Source: Alphaproteobacteria bacterium
GTDB taxonomy: Bacteria; Pseudomonadota; Alphaproteobacteria; GCA-2731375
Assembly (NCBI GenBank): GCA_965225945.1
Contig: CBDDBZ010000034.1
Location: 96,001-160,000, forward strand
Direction: 5' to 3'
DNA length: 64,000 nucleotides
Under the pieces are notes generated by a model. It saw nothing but the letters and a program-made list of their open reading frames with translations. It had not been told where the DNA came from and did no database searches. The position numbers and the translations under genes were made by a program. Shown here piece by piece: positions 62,034 to 64,000 of this stretch (its first letter is position 1; each line of letters begins with the position of its first letter).

Positions 62034-62486
62034 ATGGATTTGACCCTCCGTCCCGAGGACCAGGCCTTCCAGGACGAGGTCAGAGCCTTCATCGCCGACA
62101 GCCTGAGCGACGACATGGTCGAGGCGAACCGGCTCACCAGCGGCATCTTCGCCGAGATCGAGATCCGCGCCATCGACGCCACCGAGCAGCGGCTGATGAG
62201 CGAGATGAGCCAGGGGCAGAACCCGGGCGCCGCCTCGTCCATGGTGAAGACCCTCGGCTCGGAGGTGAACCAGCGGGTGAGCGAGCTCGGCATCGAGGCG
62301 ATCGCCCATTACGGCTTCCCCCACCAGCCCGAGGCCCGCGTTCCCGGCGGCAACGTCGAGCCGATCGGGCCCGACCACGCGGTACCGGCCATGGCGCGCT
62401 ATCTGAACACGCGCGCGCATTCGATCTATGCCGGCTCCAACGAGATCCAGCGCAACATCATGGCCAAGCTGGTCCTGGGTCTGTGA
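62034..62486 (+). pseudogene. Acyl-CoA dehydrogenase with a large in-frame internal deletion
   Basis: N-terminal MDL...FQDEVRAF joined directly to the C-terminal ...SIYAGSNEIQRNIMAK; 150 aa versus about 400 expected. Confidence 0.8.
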
Positions 62487-63901
62487 GCCTCGAGATGTCG
62501 AACCGCGCCGCCGCTATTCGCTGGATCGAGGCCTATTTCGACGACGGCCGCTTCGTCGAGGATCTGGCCCGCCGGGTGGCGATCCCCACGAGCGCGCAGG
62601 TGCCGGAGCACCGCCCCGATCTCTATCGCTATCTGGGCGAGGAGATCGCGCCGACGCTTCGTACCATGGGCTACGCGACCGAGGTGCTGGACAACCCGGT
62701 GGCCGCGGGCGGCCCCTTCCTGATTGCCGAGCGGCACGAGGGGGAGGACCTGCCGACGGTGCTGACCTACGGCCACGGCGACGTGGTCCGGGGCCTGGAG
62801 GGGGAGTGGCGCGCTGGGCTGGAGCCCTGGACGCTGATCCGCGAGGGCGACCGCCTCTACGGTCGCGGCACTGCCGACAACAAGGGCCAGCACAGCATAA
62901 ACATCGCCGCCCTCCAGGCCGTGCTGGCGACCCGAGGCCGCCTCGGCTTCAACTCCCGTATCCTGCTGGAGTGTTCGGAGGAGCTGGGCTCGCCCGGCCT
63001 CGACGCCTTTGCCGAGAGCCATCGCGATTCGCTGGCCGCCGATGTTCTGATCGGCTCCGACGGGCCGCGCCTCAAGCCGGAGGTGCCGACGTTGTTCATG
63101 GGCACGCGGGGTGCCATGAACTTCGAGCTGGTGGTGAACTTGCGCGAGGGCGCGCATCACTCGGGCAACTGGGGCGGGCTGATTTCCAACGCCGGGACGC
63201 GCCTCGCCAACGCGCTCGCCACCCTGGTCGGGCCCAAGGGCGAGATCCTGCTGGAGGATCTGAAGCCGGAAGCGATCCCGAATTCGGTCCGCGTGGCGCT
63301 GGCCGATTGCGAGGTCGACGGCGGCGAGGACGGGCCGGCGGTCGAGCCCGATTGGGGCGAGCCCGGCCTGACGCCACAGGAGCGGGTGTTCGGCTGGAAC
63401 GCCTTCGAGATCCTGGCCTTCAAGGCCGGCAACCCCGATCGCGTGGTGAACGCGATCCCGCCCCGTGCGACGGCCTGGTGCCAGATCCGCTTCACCGTCG
63501 ACCGCGATTCCGAGAGCTTCCTGCCGGCGATCCGCCGCCATCTCGATGCCGAGGGTTACGGCGACGTGGGGGTGGAGCAGGGCATGCGCTCGTTCTACAT
63601 GAAGGCGACGCGGCTGCTGCCCGACCACCCCTGGGTGCAATGGACCGTGGGCTCGCTCGAGCGCACGCTCGCTCGCCGCCCGATGATCGTGCCGAACCTG
63701 GGCGGCTCGCTGCCCAACGACGTCTTCGCCCAGACCATCGGTATGCCGACCATCTGGGTCCCGCACTCCTATGCGTCGTGTTCCCAGCACGCGCCGAACG
63801 AACACCTGCTCGCCTCCGTCGCGCGCGAGGGATTGCAGATAATGACAGGTATATTTTGGGACTTGGGCGAGGGCGGGACGCCGGGCCGCGAGACGGCGTG
63901 A
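62483..63901 (+). CDS. M20 family metallopeptidase
   Basis: YGHGDVV, GRGTADNKGQH, EELGS, SDGP, QHAPNE. Confidence 0.92.
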   Translation: MSLEMSNRAAAIRWIEAYFDDGRFVEDLARRVAIPTSAQVPEHRPDLYRYLGEEIAPTLRTMGYATEVLDNPVAAGGPFLIAERHEGEDLPTVLTYGHGDVVRGLEGEWRAGLEPWTLIREGDRLYGRGTADNKGQHSINIAALQAVLATRGRLGFNSRILLECSEELGSPGLDAFAESHRDSLAADVLIGSDGPRLKPEVPTLFMGTRGAMNFELVVNLREGAHHSGNWGGLISNAGTRLANALATLVGPKGEILLEDLKPEAIPNSVRVALADCEVDGGEDGPAVEPDWGEPGLTPQERVFGWNAFEILAFKAGNPDRVVNAIPPRATAWCQIRFTVDRDSESFLPAIRRHLDAEGYGDVGVEQGMRSFYMKATRLLPDHPWVQWTVGSLERTLARRPMIVPNLGGSLPNDVFAQTIGMPTIWVPHSYASCSQHAPNEHLLASVAREGLQIMTGIFWDLGEGGTPGRETA

Positions 63902-63917
63902 GGGATCGGCGGAGCCT

Positions 63918-64000
63918 GTGAAGCTCGGCGGTTTCGACGCCATCCGGCGCACCCTCGGGCATCGCGACTACGGCCTCTACAGCGCCGGCAACGCGGTCTC
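63918..64000 (+). CDS. Probable MFS transporter, N-terminus (runs off window)
   Basis: GTG...RTLGHRDYGLYSAGNAVS resembles an MFS first-helix motif. Confidence 0.5.
   Translation, partial: MKLGGFDAIRRTLGHRDYGLYSAGNAV

Overview
High-GC alphaproteobacterial chromosome segment (Rhodospirillales-like gene order: rpmH-rnpA-yidD-yidC-engB-argB; pckA / chvI-chvG-hprK-rapZ-EIIA-HPr ... ahcY-divL; lepA; an Mrp/Mnh antiporter operon; tRNA-Phe). At least six insertion sequences with readable terminal inverted repeats (TIRs) and target-site duplications (TSDs) are laid over this backbone, along with several frameshifting micro-duplications. Most notable: (1) a 2431-bp IS66-family element (9372-11802) carrying, inside its TIRs, a compact DPPY-type DNA adenine methyltransferase whose gene overlaps the transposase start; it splits a lapG-like gene, and a second left-end fragment lies at about 49960-50012; (2) a small island at the 3' end of tRNA-Phe in which two direct copies of a 58-bp hairpin bracket a cargo with a truncated gene, each hairpin being hit at the same base by a different IS1595-family element; (3) alphaproteobacterial LexA boxes and clustered GANTC (CcrM) sites in IS transposase promoter regions; (4) an IS1595 that splits the operator/promoter of a Phd-VapC toxin-antitoxin pair. 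All calls come from reading the sequence and recognising motifs; no database searches were run.
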